Positions 49,701-64,000 of a DNA stretch of 64,000 nucleotides are shown here, in pieces. The notes under the pieces are model-generated. The model ran no database searches, was not told where the DNA came from, and was given only the letters and a program-made list of their open reading frames with translations. The DNA is taken from NCBI RefSeq assembly GCF_009914755.1, contig NC_060939.1, one strand, 5' to 3'. Origin of the DNA: the human T2T-CHM13v2.0 reference genome, Homo sapiens. Each line of letters starts with the position of its first letter. Position 1 is the stretch's first letter. The position numbers and the translations under genes are program-made.

Positions 49701-51519
49701 GAACAAACAGTGATGTATGAAGGGGACCAAGGAGAAATTTCCAGATGCAAGAGAAATGAGGATATGGAAAGTGCCATCAATGTATGAGATCTGAGTAAAA
49801 ATGAAGGCTTGCGTCATGGTTACTGTGAACATTAACTTAGCATCACACTGGTATCATACCTTGGTAGATCTACCTATACGAAGGAGCAGATTGACATTCA
49901 ACTGAATTAACTGCTGAGCAGGCAGAAGAAACATGAAATTGCAATATTAACAAGACAAGAGAGTGAGTAGTTCTCAGAGTAAAAGACTAGCGAGCAGAAC
50001 AGCTTTACAAGGGAGATCCTGGTGTTCAAACAGAAGGACCCTCCAACCCACTGCCTCTAGAAGGGATGGTAACTCCCTCTAAATTGAGTCATTTTCCCAA
50101 TCAAAGGGAAGCCTAGATTTTTTTAAAAAGGATCTATCTATCTCCCAGAATTTCTTATACATTCTGAGTCATTCCTAGACATTTTAGGTGAAATCTAGTA
50201 CATGAGAGTTACTAGAGAGGCATTCTGAATTTTTCATCTCAAAGCTTGGCTTAGACCCATAGGGCTTTCTTTATTATTACTATTATTTTTTTTATCTTGA
50301 AGAATTCACAACCTCAGATGTTCACCTACCACCCTACAGTAGCTCAGTGACTGCCTTGGCGTTAAATTGTACCCTACTGGCCTAAATGAGTTCATTGTTT
50401 ACCTCCCCAAGTGCCTATATTAGTCATAAGGTTTCAGGACCAAAGAGGAGTCATGCAAAATGATTAAAACAGGCTTAAGCATTCTTCATGTTTCCACCTC
50501 AAACAGGAATTACAAGAAAAAATTTTTCAGGGACTACACCAAAACCTTTTTCTGTTGAAAACAGACTGATTTAGCAAGGCAAATAAAAACAAAATCTTTT
50601 TTACAACAAACATTTGATTAGGAGGTCTTGAGTTTAAACTTAAAGAGGAGGAGAAGGAGGGGCAAGGTGAGGAGAGATGTAATTTGTATAATTGTATTGC
50701 TATGGATGGGAACACCAATACCGCCAGATTTAATTATTCCTTTCATCTTGCCTTATTTCACTCTCGAAGATCAATATGCTTGTTCTCTTCTTAAGCAGCA
50801 ACGATTTCTACAATCTGAACATAAATTTAATCATGTGGTGCCATCTCAGTGTTTACAGACTCTGTCAAAGACATAGCTCATTATAATTATTTTCTCAATC
50901 ATTCGCCACAAGAGAAACACTTTAGGCAACACAAAACTTTTAACTTAATCACTAGAAGCAATATCAGCTCAACAAATAGATCTTATTAGATGGCCCATTT
51001 TTAAAAAGAAAAAGCTCATTTCCTAATACTTTAATTTTCTGTTAAATGTCAAATTTTGTTTACATACAGGAATTGAGCTATTGCCATATTATATGTGAAC
51101 CATAAATGAAATAGTATCATGAAGATTATTATTAAAACTGATTCCCAATGCAGCATATGCAAACTTCTAAGTCATAAATCATTAGGGGTAGTTTGTTTCC
51201 TTCCTCCCTGAAAAGGAAGTGTATGTTAATGCTAAAATGAATGCAGCCTATAGACATTACTAAAAGTGAGTAAATTGAAATGTCAGGAGACAAAGCACTT
51301 ATCACAGAATTGGCAGCTCGGATGACCTTCAAAACTTTCAGATCTAAGAGGTTTTGAGGTAAAACGAATTAAATTTCAAAATGAATGTAGAATTGTGAAA
51401 GAAACCAATGGTGTTCTAGCTGTGAGCACATGATCCAGCAATACCACAGACATACCTCATCACAACTGTCTTACGATTCTGCAGTACAAACAGAATCAAA
51501 CTCACTCAGATATGTATAC

Positions 51520-51860
51520 ATCAACAAAAAAGAATGAGAACATGTCCATTGCAGGAACATGGATGGAGCTGGAGGCCATTATCCTTAGCAAAATAACACG
51601 GGAACAGAAAACCAAATGCCACATGTTCTCACTTCTAGATGCAGGTAAATAGAGCAAATGGATACGAAGAGAGGAACAACAGACACTGGGGCCTACTTGA
51701 CACTGGAGGGTGGGAGGAGGGAGAGGATCAGAAAAAACAACTACTGGATACTAGGCTTAGTAGTTAGGTGACAAAATAATCTATACAACGAACCCCTCTG
51801 ACACAAGTTTACCTAAGACAAACCTGGACATATACTCCTGAACCTAAGATAAAAAAGGTT
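51520..51860 (+). mobile_element. Short LINE-1 3' end (late L1PA/L1PB grade)
   Basis: aaaaagaatgagaacatgtccattgcaggaacatggatggagctggaggccattatcc...gggtgggaggagggagaggatcagaaaaa...cctgaacctaagataaaa. Confidence 0.9.
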
Positions 51861-52165
51861 TTTTTGTTTGTGTTTTTTTAAAGGACAATAGTTATACAAT
51901 TTTATGTAAAATAATGTGCAGTAAATACCACATTGCTATAGAGAAATTAGGAATATGTGTATGTGTGTGGATGAACATGTATATAGGTGGGTAGGCATGT
52001 GCATATGTGTTCACATATGTGTGTATATGTGAGTATGTTTTGTTTATGTAGGTGTGAGGCTGTTTGTGTGTTTAAGCGTGTTCTTGTTATTCTTCTATAA
52101 ATAAAATAAATATTTTTCTCTGGAGGGAAAGGCAACTTGCTTGAAGTTGTTTTAAAGACAAAAGT

Positions 52166-52461
52166 GGCCAGGCACGGTAGTTCACACCTGTAATGCCAGC
52201 ACTTTGGGAGGATGAGGTGGGCAGAACACGAGGTCAGGAGTTCAAGACTAGCCTGGCCAACATGGTGAAAACCCGTCTCTACTAAAAATACAAAAATTAC
52301 CTGGGCATGGTGGCAGGTGTCTGTAATCCCAGCTACTCAGGAGGCTGAGGCAGAAGAATCACTTGAACCTGGGAGGTGGAGGTTGCAGTGAGCCAAAATC
52401 GCACCATTGCACACCAGCCTGGCTGACAGAGCAAGACTCCATTTCTAATTAAAAAAAAAAA
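52166..52461 (+). mobile_element. AluS-type element (Sg-like), full length
   Basis: ggccaggcacggtagttcacacctgtaat...cacgaggtcaggagttc...gacagagcaagactcc followed by an A tail. Confidence 0.93.
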
Positions 52462-52639
52462 ACGATAAAAATATGATTTGTTAACATCAAATAGTTGTTT
52501 CTAAAACTATGAACTTAACAAGATATAGAAATTCATGACCAAATCAGATAAAATTCTATTATTAATCTCTATTCAAAGGAGTAAGGAAAGATTTCTTATT
52601 AAAATAACTTTAGAAGATGCTCTAAAGAGTACATTTTAT

Positions 52640-53500
52640 TCTCTTATTAATTTTTATTATGACATATTTACAACTCACATGACATGTCTAGAGAAAATTA
52701 AAACAAATATCCTGAAACCACTGCCAGTTTTATTTAAATCTACCATTTTGCCCTATTTACTAAAGAAAAATGTGCCACATTTAATAGAAGTTCCTGTATA
52801 TCCCTTTACAAAGCCATTTTCTTTTTCCCTTCCCCATAAAGTAAGTACTGTTCTGGAGTTTTATATCTTCCTGTCCATGATTTTGTACTTTTAATAAACA
52901 GAGGGTGCACGTTTTTACACCTTATGGAAATTACATCCTATTGTAAATACATTCCATATTTTTCTTTCTTCCCTGAAAATTACATTTTTGAAAATTATCT
53001 GTATTAATATACATTTGCATTGATAGCAATAGTGAATTTGTTTTAACTGCTATGTAATATTTACTGTGAAAGTATAACACATTATTTTTGTCTTCTTAAA
53101 TTGATAAACATTTATTTCCAATTCTTTTGTACTTCTAATTAAGAAATGATTATCCTTGCACATTTCTGTTGAACATATATGCTATAGAACTTGACCAAAG
53201 GTAGAATTGTTGAGTTTCTGGGAATGGCATTTTTGACTTTATAAGGTCACCAAATTGCTTTCTATTGTGTTTGTACAATTTAAATTGTGGTATGTGAATT
53301 TCTCATTATCCCATAACCTTACCAAAGTTTGTTACTGTGGGACTTTTAAAATTTTGTCAATGCGAAAGATGTGAAATAATAAGTTAATTTTTTTGTTTTA
53401 ATTTGCGCTTTTGTGATTGCCAATAAAGCCTTTTGTAACATGAATTCCAAATATTTTCTAATTTATCATTTGTCTTTATTCTTTGCTTACAGTGTCTTTT
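52640..53500 (-). mobile_element. Very old LINE-1 3' fragment (L1ME-like)
   Basis: ttttaactgctatgtaatatttactgtgaaagtataacac...ggtagaattgttgagt...tttgttttaatttgc are degraded antisense L1 ORF2-end motifs. Confidence 0.6.
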
Positions 53501-56104
53501 AGACCTTTTTTCTTTATTAATTTTGGCTCTTTTATTTATACTTTCTTCCTATCTGTTTTCTTTGTTTACTCTTGTGTCCTTTTTCTCCGGCTTCTTAAAG
53601 TGAATTCTTAATTCTTTTTTCCGCAGCCTTTATTTATTTTTTCTTTCTTTAAATACACATTTAAAAGAATGATGTCAGCAAGATAGCTGAAAAGTTGCCT
53701 GGCGCTCATCCCCTTTCCCATAAAAGGAACAAAACAATGAATAAACAACTATATTTTGAGTAGGTGACTGAAAAAGCCTGTTGAAAAGCACCAGAGGAAC
53801 AGCAAAGTCCCCATAGGATGTGGAAGTGCAGGATAGCACCATAGCGAGGAGCACAAAGCAGCCTGCTTCTGCCACATTCTTTCTCCACTAGGATTGACTT
53901 GAGCCAAGGAGTACATCGTATGAGGAAAAGCTAAGCTGGAGACTGTCAGTGGTCCCCATTACTGTCACAGGTGCTAAGAATACTTGCTACGGGAGAATCC
54001 CCCAGTTTTTACAGGCCCTGAATCCTGTTTGGAGAGTTGATGACAGTGTGTGTGGCTGCACTGCCTGAGAGTAAGAGCCCATTTTACATCTCCCACTCCC
54101 ATGACCTAAGCTCCTATGACACACTGCCATATCGAGAGACCCACTGCTAGAATGTGTCCTGCCCTCGAGGCCAGTAGCTGCTAACTCTCTCTCCATCCCA
54201 AAGATCCTGCCATCATTCCACCATGTTCATGTGGGTGGCTGCAGCCTCGTGACCCCAGCTTCCTGGCTTGAGGGAATAACCAAGACCCCAAATCCAAGTG
54301 GCACCCAAACTCCTGGGGCACATGTGCACCTGCACAGTGGGGAAGCTGCCACACAGCTGCTGGCCCACTGCATTCATACACACCCACATCAGCCTCACAG
54401 TCAATGCAATGGTGGTCCCACCCCCCAGAGAAACTGCCACACAGATGGCTAGACCATTGGGTCCGCAATTCTTGCCCAGCCTGACAGACAATGTGGCAGC
54501 AGCCCCACTCACCACAGAATCAACTGCACAGCCAGACAGCTGGTTGTGCCTACATATGTCCCACAGAGAGCCTGTTGCACAGCCGGCCATCCTGCTACAC
54601 TCATGCCTGGCCTGGCAATCAGTCCAGTGCCCAAATTCTTTGCAAAACTGTGCCACCACCATCACAAACTCCCATAGCTTAGGCCACTGAAGCAACTACA
54701 GACATCACCGATGAGGATTATGGCTGAAGAAGCTGTACAGAGCCACATGACTGAATCCACCCAAACCAAAGCCAATGTACCACCATACCTAACCAACACC
54801 CTAACACCCATATACAGAAAAAACATTCTCTCCCTACTGAAGCTACTCTATAAAATTGAAAAAAGTAACTGTTCTACTAAATGCACACACATCAATATAG
54901 GGATACAAGAAACATGAAAAAGCAAGGAAACCTGACACCTCCAAAGGAATAATAATTTTGGAGAACAATAATTCTCCATTAACAGACCCCAAAGAAAAGG
55001 TTATTTACAAATGCCTGAAAAGGAATTCAAAATAATAATCCTAAGGAAATGCAGCAAGATACAACAGAATACTGACAAGCAATTCGAAAGAATCAGGAAA
55101 ACCATTCACGATCTGAATGAAAAGTTCAACAAAGAGACAGAGATAATAAAGAATGAAACATAAATCTCAGAGTTGAAGATGTCAATGGATAAAATAAAAA
55201 ATGCAATTGAAACCTACAATAACAGACTGGATTGAGCAGAGGAAAGATTTTTTGAACTTGAGAGGTCTTTTGAAATAACCCAGTCACAGAGCTAAAAAGG
55301 AAGTAAGAATAAAAAAGAATGGAGAACACTACAGGACTTATGAGACACCATTAAGTGAAAAAAATATTTGCATTATAGAAATGTCAGAGGGAGAAGAGAT
55401 AGAAAAAGAAAAATATTTAACACAGAAAACATATTTAATGAAATGAAAGCTGAAAACTTCCCAAACCTGGGGAGAGATATGAACAACTAGATCCACGAAG
55501 CTCAAAAATCTCCAATTATATTCAACCTCAAAATATCCCTCCAGAGCACATTATAATAAAAACATCAAATATAAAGGGAGAATTCTAAAAGTGACAAGAG
55601 AAATGCATCAAGTCACATATAAGGAATCCTCATTACACTGGGTAGATTTTTCAGCAGAAATCTTGCAAGCCAGGAGAGAATGAGATAATATATTCAGAGC
55701 TGTGAAAGAAAGAAAGAATAAACCTCTAAGCCACAAATAATATATTCAGCAAAGCTATTGTACAGCAAAGAAGGAGAAATAAACACCTTCTCAGATAAGC
55801 AAAAGTTGAGGAACTTCACTGCTGCAAGACTGGCCATACAATAAATGCTTAAGGGAGTGCTACAACTAACAGTAGAAAGAAAATAATTACTATTGCAAAA
55901 CATGTAATTGTATAAAACTTACATTTAAAGGTAAATTTATAATCAAACTCAGAATACTCCAGTGCCGTAATGGTGCTATGTAAAGCTTTCAATCCTCTAG
56001 TATGAAGAATAAAGGCCAAATTAACAATAGCTACAATTAGTGGCAAATGAACACACAATAGATATGTAAATTAATACAACCAAAATATAAATTGTTGGTG
56101 ATAG

Positions 56105-56473
<369 letters not shown>

Positions 56474-58344
56474 TAAAATAGTTTATTATAAATACACAAC
56501 TCTTTCTGTTCTGGTAACAAAAAAAAATGACAGCAAATATAGAAACAAGAACAAAAAGAAGACAAAGCTTAGCATCACAGAAAACCAAACCAAACAGGTA
56601 AACAATGAGAGAAAGAAAGGAACAGAAGATCTACAAATCAACCAGAACACAATAAAATGGTACAAGTAATTTCCTGCCTATCAATAATATCATTGAATTA
56701 ATTCCTATTAAAAGATATAGCATGGATGAATGGATTAAAAAGAAAAAAATACCCCACTGTATGCTGCGTATATGAGATTCACCTCACCATTAAAGACAGA
56801 CTGAAAGTGTTGAAATGGAAAAAGATATTCTTTGCAAACAAAAACTAAAAGCAAGAAGGAATAGCCACACTTATATCAGACAAAATAAACTTTAAGAGAT
56901 CAATTTAATGATGATATAATAATTTAAACATACATGCACCCAAACAGAACCAGAGCACCCAAATATATAAAGCAAATATTATTAGATTCCGTGGAAGAAA
57001 TACATTGCAATACAATAATACTAGGGAGCTTTGAAACCTGTTTCAGTAAGAGACAGATCATCCAGAGAGAAAATCAACAAATAAATTCAAACTTAAATGG
57101 CAGTATAGGCTAAATTTACCTAAGAGACATTTGCAAATTTCATCCAACAGTTGCAGAATATGCATTATTCTCCACTGCACATGGATCATTCACTAGGATA
57201 CATATGTTAGTTCACAAAACAAATCTCAACAAATTTAAGAAACAAAGATCCTATCAAGTATTTTTTTTCTAACCACAATGGTATAAAACAAAATCAACAG
57301 GAAAAGTTTCAGAAAGTTTACAAATACATGAAAATTAGAAAACATGCTCATAAATAATCAATGGGTAAATAGCAAAATTAAGAGGAAAACTTGAAAGTTT
57401 TTTGAGACAAATGAGAATAGAAACACATCACACCAAAACCTATGAGACACAGCAAAAGCAGCTGAGGAAATTCATAGAAATAAATGACTACTTCAAAAAT
57501 GTAGAATGATTTCTAATAAACAACCTAATGTGGCACTTCAAGAAACTAAAAAAGAATACCACAAAACTGGTACAAGAAAGTAGTAAAGCTCAGAGAAGAA
57601 ATAAAGGAAATATAGACTACAAAAGTAATCCAAAGGCGCGATAAAATGAAGAGTTTTTTTTTGAAAAGATAAAAATGTCAAACCTTTAGCAAGACCTAAA
57701 AACTAGGAGAGACTTAAATAAATAAAATTAGAAATTATAGAAGACATTACAACTGACATCACAAAAATTACAAAGAATCCTGAGACTATTATTAGCAACT
57801 ATACCATTGTTGTTTAAGTATTATGAACTACACACGAAGAAAGTTGTTAACATAGAGAAGCTGATAAATTCTCAGATCCAACCTACCAAAAGTATATTAT
57901 GAAGAAACAGAAAATCAAAACAGACTAATAATGAGTGAGGAACTTGAATCAGTAATAAAGTCTTTCGTCAAAGAAAAACTCGGAATCTGATGGTTTCACT
58001 GATGAATTCTACCAATTAAAAGGAAGTAATAACAATTCTCCTCAAACTATTACAGAAAGTTAAAGAGAAGGAATGCCTCCAAACTCATCTTACAAAGCCA
58101 GCATTCCCCTGATTACAAAACCAGTGAAGGACATAACACAACAACAAAAATTAAAAGCCAACATCCCTGATGAACATAGATACAAAAATTCTTGACATGA
58201 TACTAGCAAACTGCATTCAACAACATAGTGAAAAGATTATTCACAATGATTAAGTGGGATTCATTGGAGGGATAAAAGGATGCTTCAGCATATGCAATTC
58301 AATGAATGCGACATACCACATTAACAGGAAAAAGACAAAAACCA

Positions 58345-60117
58345 GACCACCATTACTGTGGCTCTAGTGAGCAGTTTCCCCAGCCAGTGCTAGAGAGACC
58401 GGGAGGTTTGGACTGGGCATTAATCCTCAGAGCATAGCACAGTGGTTGTGGCTAATTGTTGCCAGACTGCTTCTTTAGGTAGGACCCAGATCCATCCCTT
58501 CTCACTGGGCAGGGCCTCCCTACAGGAATTCCAGCAACTCCAGCCAGGGGCTTTCAGACAGAACTCTCATCTCCCTAGGACAGAGCACCTGTGGGGAGGG
58601 GTGGCCAAAGTCTCAGTTTCAGTGGACTTAATCTTTCCTGTCTACTGGCTCTGAAGAGTCTGGGTGATCCTGACAAGGGGGGCTTCCCCCAGAACACTGC
58701 ACCAGCTCCGCTAAGAGACAGTCAGACTGCTTCCTTAAGTGTGTCCCTGATCCGTGCCTCCTGACTGGGTGAGACCTCCCAACAGGGGTCACCAGACACC
58801 TCATACAGGAGAGTTCCAGCTGGCATTAGGTCAGTGCCCATCTGGGATGAAGCTTCCAGAGGAAGGAGCAGACAGCAAGCTTTGCTGTTCTGCAGCCTCC
58901 ACTGGTGATAACCAGGTGATACCCAAATACGCAAAAATTAACTCAAGATGCATTAAAGACTTAAATGTAAAACCCCAAACTATAAAAACCCAGAAGAAAA
59001 TCTAGATAATACCATATAGAACATAGGTATGGGCAAATATTTTATGATGCAACCACCAAAAGCAATTGCAACAAAAGCAAAAATTGACAGATGGAATCTA
59101 ATTAAACTAAAGAGCTTCTGTGCAGCAAAAGAAACTATCATCAGAGTGAACAGACAACCTACAGAATGAAAGACAATTTTTGCAATCTATCTGACAAAGG
59201 TCTAATATTCAGAATCTATAAGAAATTTAAGCAGATTTACAAGAAACAAGCAAACAACCCCATTAAAAAGTAGGCAAAGGACATGAACAGGCACTCCTCA
59301 AAAGAAGACATTCATGCAGCCAACAAACATATGAAAAAAATCTCAACATCACTGATCATTAGAGAAATGCAAATCAAAACCACAATGAGATACCATCTCA
59401 AGCTAGTCAGAATGGTGATTGTTAAAAAGTCAAGAAACAACAGATGCTGATGAGGCTGTGAAGAAATAGAAACGCTTTTAGATTGTTGGTGTGGGAATGT
59501 AAATTAGTTCAGCCATTATGGAAGACAGTGTGGCGATTCCTCAAAGATTTAGAACCAGAAAAACCATTTGACACAGCAATCCCATTACTGTGTATATAAC
59601 CAGAGGAATATAAATCATTCAATTATAAAGATACATGCATGTGTATGTTCATTGCAGCACTATTCACAATAGCAAAGACAAGGAATCAACCCAAACGCCC
59701 ATCAATGATAGATTGGATATAAAAAAAAATGTGATACATATACACTATGGAATACTATGCAGCCATAAAAAGGAACAAGAACATGTCCTTTGCAAGGACA
59801 TAGATGAAAATGGAAGCCATTACTCTCAGGCAACTAACACAGGAACAGAAAGCCAAACACCACATGCTGTCACTTACAAGTGGGAGCTGAACAATGAGAA
59901 CACATAGACGCAGGGAGGGGAACAACACATACTGGGGCTTCTTGGGGGAGGGCAGGAGGGACAGCATTAGGAAAAAGAGCTAATGCATGCTGGGCTTAAT
60001 ACCTAGGTGATGGTTTGATAGGTGCACCAAACCACCATGGCACATGTTTACATGTTGACCTATGTAACAAACCTGCACATCCTGCACACATTCCCTGAAA
60101 CTTAAAAAAATAAATTT
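58345..60117 (+). mobile_element. L1PA8-11-grade insertion inside L1MA ORF2, with a 5'UTR piece fused to the ORF2 3' end
   Basis: TSD aaaaagacaaaaacca (58329-58344) / aaaaagataaaaacca (60118-60133). 5'UTR motifs (gacagactgcttccttaagt-like, gatgaagcttccagaggaagg) run to ~58925, then aaaaattaactcaagatg continues to the 3'UTR. Confidence 0.9.
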
Positions 60118-62166
60118 AAAAAGATAAAAACCATATTATCTTTTCAACATGTGCAGAAAAAGCAAGTGACAAAACTTAACGTTTCTTAAAGGTAAAAACT
60201 TTCAACAAATGAGGTATAGAAGGTATGAACTTCACCATAATAAAGGCCATGAATAATGAACCCACAGCCAACATCATACTGAATGAGGAAAAGATGAAAG
60301 TTTCTCTCTAAGACCAGGAACAAGACAAGGTTGCACAATTTCACTATTTCTATTCAACAAAGTACTGGAAGTCCTAGCCAAAGCAATGAAGCAAGACAAA
60401 TAAATAGAGGGCATCCAAATTGGAAAGTAGAGAGTCAAATTGTCCCTGTTTGCAGAGAACATGATTACACATGTAGAAAGTTATACAGACTCCATGAAAA
60501 CACTGTTGGAAATAATAAATTCAGTAAAGTTCCAGGATAGATACAAATTCAGCATACAAAAATCAGTGTTGTTTCCACACACTAATAGTGCACTATATGA
60601 AAAAAGAAATCAATGAAACCATTTCATTTACAATAGCTACTCCTCAAAATAAGATACCTAGAAATAAACTTAACAAAGGATGTGAAAGATCACTATAGTG
60701 AAAACTATAAAACATTGATGAAAGAAATTAAACAGGGTACAAATGAATGATATCCCATGTTCATGGATTGAAATAATTAATAGTTAAAATGGCCATATTA
60801 CCCAAAAAGAGCTATAGGTTTAATGGAATCCCTGTCAAAATACCAATGACATTCTTCACAGAAATAGAAAAAAAAAACTTCTAAAATTAATATGAAACTA
60901 CAAACGACTCTAAATAGTCAAAGCAATCTTGAGCAAACAACAAAGCTGGAGGCATCACACCACCTGACTTCAAAATATATACATACTACAGGCTATAGAA
61001 ACAAAAAAAGTTTGGTACTGGCAAAAACAAACAAACAAACAAAAAGCAAACCAGACACATAGTCCAATGTAACAGAAAGAGGGCCAAGAAATAAATTCAT
61101 GCACCTACAGCCAACTGATTTTTGATGAAGGTGCCAAGAACACATATTGATGAAAAGACAGTCTCTTGAATAAACGGTGCTGGAATAATTGGATATGTAC
61201 CTGTAGAAGAATGAGACAAGACCCTTATGTCTCATCATATATAAGAATCAACTCAAAATGGATTGAAGACTTAAATGTAAAGCCTGAAACTATGATACTA
61301 CTAGAAGAAAACATAGGCAAAATGCTTTGCAACATTGGGCTGGGCAAGGATATTTTAATAAGATCTCAAAAGTACAGGCAACAAAAGCAAATACAGACAA
61401 TAATAATATATAAAAGTAAAACTATTTTGCATAGTGAAGAAAACAATTAACAAAGAGACAACCACAGAATGGGCAAAAATATTTGCAAACTGTATATCCG
61501 ACAAGGGATTAATATCCAGAATATATATTAAATAACCCAACAGCAAGAAAACCCCAATGACTCAATTAAAAACTGGGCAAAAGACCTTAATAAACATTTC
61601 TCAGAAGAAGAAATACAAATGGCCAACAGGTATATGAAAAAATGCTCTACATCAGTAATCAGTAGGGAAATGCAAATGAAAACCATGATGAGATACTACT
61701 TCATTTCAGTTGGAATGGTATTGTCAAAAAGAAGAAAACAAATGTTGGCAAAGACATGGAGAAGAGAGAGCACTTATACATCGTTGGTGGGAATGTAAAT
61801 TAGTAGAGCTATTATGAAAAACAGTCTAGAGTTTCCTTAAAAAATACAAAATAGAACTACCAAATGATTTAGCAATCCCACTCCTGGGTATATGTTCAAA
61901 GGAAACGAAATCAGTATGTTGAAGAGATACCTGCATTCTTATGTTTACTGAAGCACTGTTCTCAATAGCCCAGACATGGAATATACCTGTTTCCAATAAT
62001 GGATAAATGGATAGAGAAAATGAGGTATATATACACAATGGAATATTATCCAGTCATAAAAAGAATAAAATCCTGTCATTTGCAACAACATGGATAAATA
62101 TGGAGGACATTATGTTCTGTTAAATAAGCCAGGCAGAGAAACAAATACTGCATGATATCACTCTTA

Positions 62167-62643
<477 letters not shown>

Positions 62644-63581
62644 TTATTGTTAGACAGGATGAATACATTCTACTGTACTTTTGCACAGCAGGGTGCCTAG
62701 CTAACAGTAGAGTATTGTTTATTACAAGACAGCTAGAAGAGAGGCTTTTTAATGTTCTTACCACAAAGACATAATAAATTCATGAGATGAAGGATATGCT
62801 AACTACCCTGACTTGCTCATTATATAACATATACATGTACTGAAACATCAAATTGTACCCCATAAATATGTAAAATAACAATATGTCAATTACAAAATAA
62901 ATAACACATTTAAGGCTCTATCTTGGTTTCAAGACTTTTTTTTGGAGGCAATAATTCATTCAGTGCAGTAATTTAAATAGTGTGGATTTTAAGAATAACA
63001 GACTGAAGTCTGTATCAGTTCTTTTAAAGTGAGAGGATTCTTTTGGATTCTTTGAAATCACATAACATGTGTGACTAGGCTGCCTAGAGGTTGGGGCAGG
63101 CTTTGCATACATAGTACAAATGTAATTGTCCCTGAGCTATCATGCCTAGTAATCAAGAACAAGTGCTTTTCTGAGTTAAGAAACTTCACCTACGCTCCTT
63201 TAAGGCTGTCTTATAAATTAAAAAGTTAGATTTCTGTTTAGTAAGGCCATCAGTGAACCTCAGTCAGCAGAACAACTTCTAAAAACGTGACTGTGTGACT
63301 AGGGAGTTATCCTTCGATGCTATCAGCTTGATCTGGTATCTCCTAATTATGTCTCTCAATACATGCTATTGTCCTTGGAGAGCAATCAAATACCCTAACT
63401 GAAAAACCTCCCTTTTGAGGATGTGAAAGGCCAGAATGGATTAAAATATGTATAAATATATGTAACATTTCTTCTTTAAAGCAAATGACATACCAGCAGG
63501 GAGTTGATGAAAGCTGATTCTACAGAGATGAAACCAAGCCCCTTCATTTACCAAACTTAATTTTTTTTTCTAAGAATAATG

Positions 63582-64000
63582 TTGAAGCTCTTTGTAGATT
63601 CTGGATATTAGCCCTTTGTCAGATGGATAGATTGCAAAAATTTTCTCCCATTCTGTAGGTTGCCTGTTCACTCTGCTGATAGTTTCTTTTGCTGTGCAGA
63701 AGCTCTGTAGTTTAATTAGATCCCATTTGTCAATTTTGGCTTTTATTGCCATTGCTTTTGGTGTTTTTGTCATGAAGTCCTTGCCCATCCCTATGTCCTG
63801 AATAGTATTGCCTAGATTTTCTTCTAGGGTTTTTATGGTTTTAGGTCTTACATTTAAGTCTTTAATCCATCTTGAGTTAATTTTTGTATAAGGTGTAAGG
63901 AAGGGATCCAGTTTCAGCTTTCTGCATATGGCTAGCCAGTTTTCCCAGCACCATTTATTAAATAGGGAATCCTTTCCCCATTGCTTGTTTTTGTCAGGTT
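63582..64000 (-). mobile_element. L1PA ORF2 segment with no 3'UTR or tail at its left boundary; runs off the right edge
   Basis: ORF 63570-63788 gives [28 protein letters not shown]1 similarity begins abruptly near 63582-63588. Confidence 0.92.

Noticed and set aside
53987-54917. Cluster of overlapping ORFs up to 160 aa
   Set aside because: They lie in the GC-richer L1MA 5'UTR, where stops are rarer, and show no recognisable domain.

Overview
This is AT-rich, repeat-dominated primate genomic DNA. The presence of AluY and an L1PA2-grade element points to human or a great ape. By eye, about half the window is LINE-1, and the rest includes Alu, THE1/MLT/ERVL LTR, MIR, L2 and hAT fossils. I can support no host protein-coding exon, RNA gene or processed pseudogene: every long ORF is L1 ORF1/ORF2, Alu read-through, decayed ERVL pol or low-complexity translation. 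I found no new biological system. What the sequence does record is insertion and repair history. There are two 5'-inverted (twin-primed) L1s with perfect TSDs, one missing ~2 kb, and a probable third at the right edge. A TSD-flanked L1 has its 5'UTR fused directly to the end of ORF2, and it sits inside a full-length old L1MA that still shows its own TSD. There is also a THE1>AluS>AluY triple nest. The least ordinary item is an ~87-bp copy of unique sequence from 4.7 kb away, placed inside a TA/CA microsatellite between 21-bp direct repeats and next to a ~135-bp hairpin. Subfamily names come from my memory of consensus sequences, and boundaries of old repeats are approximate.
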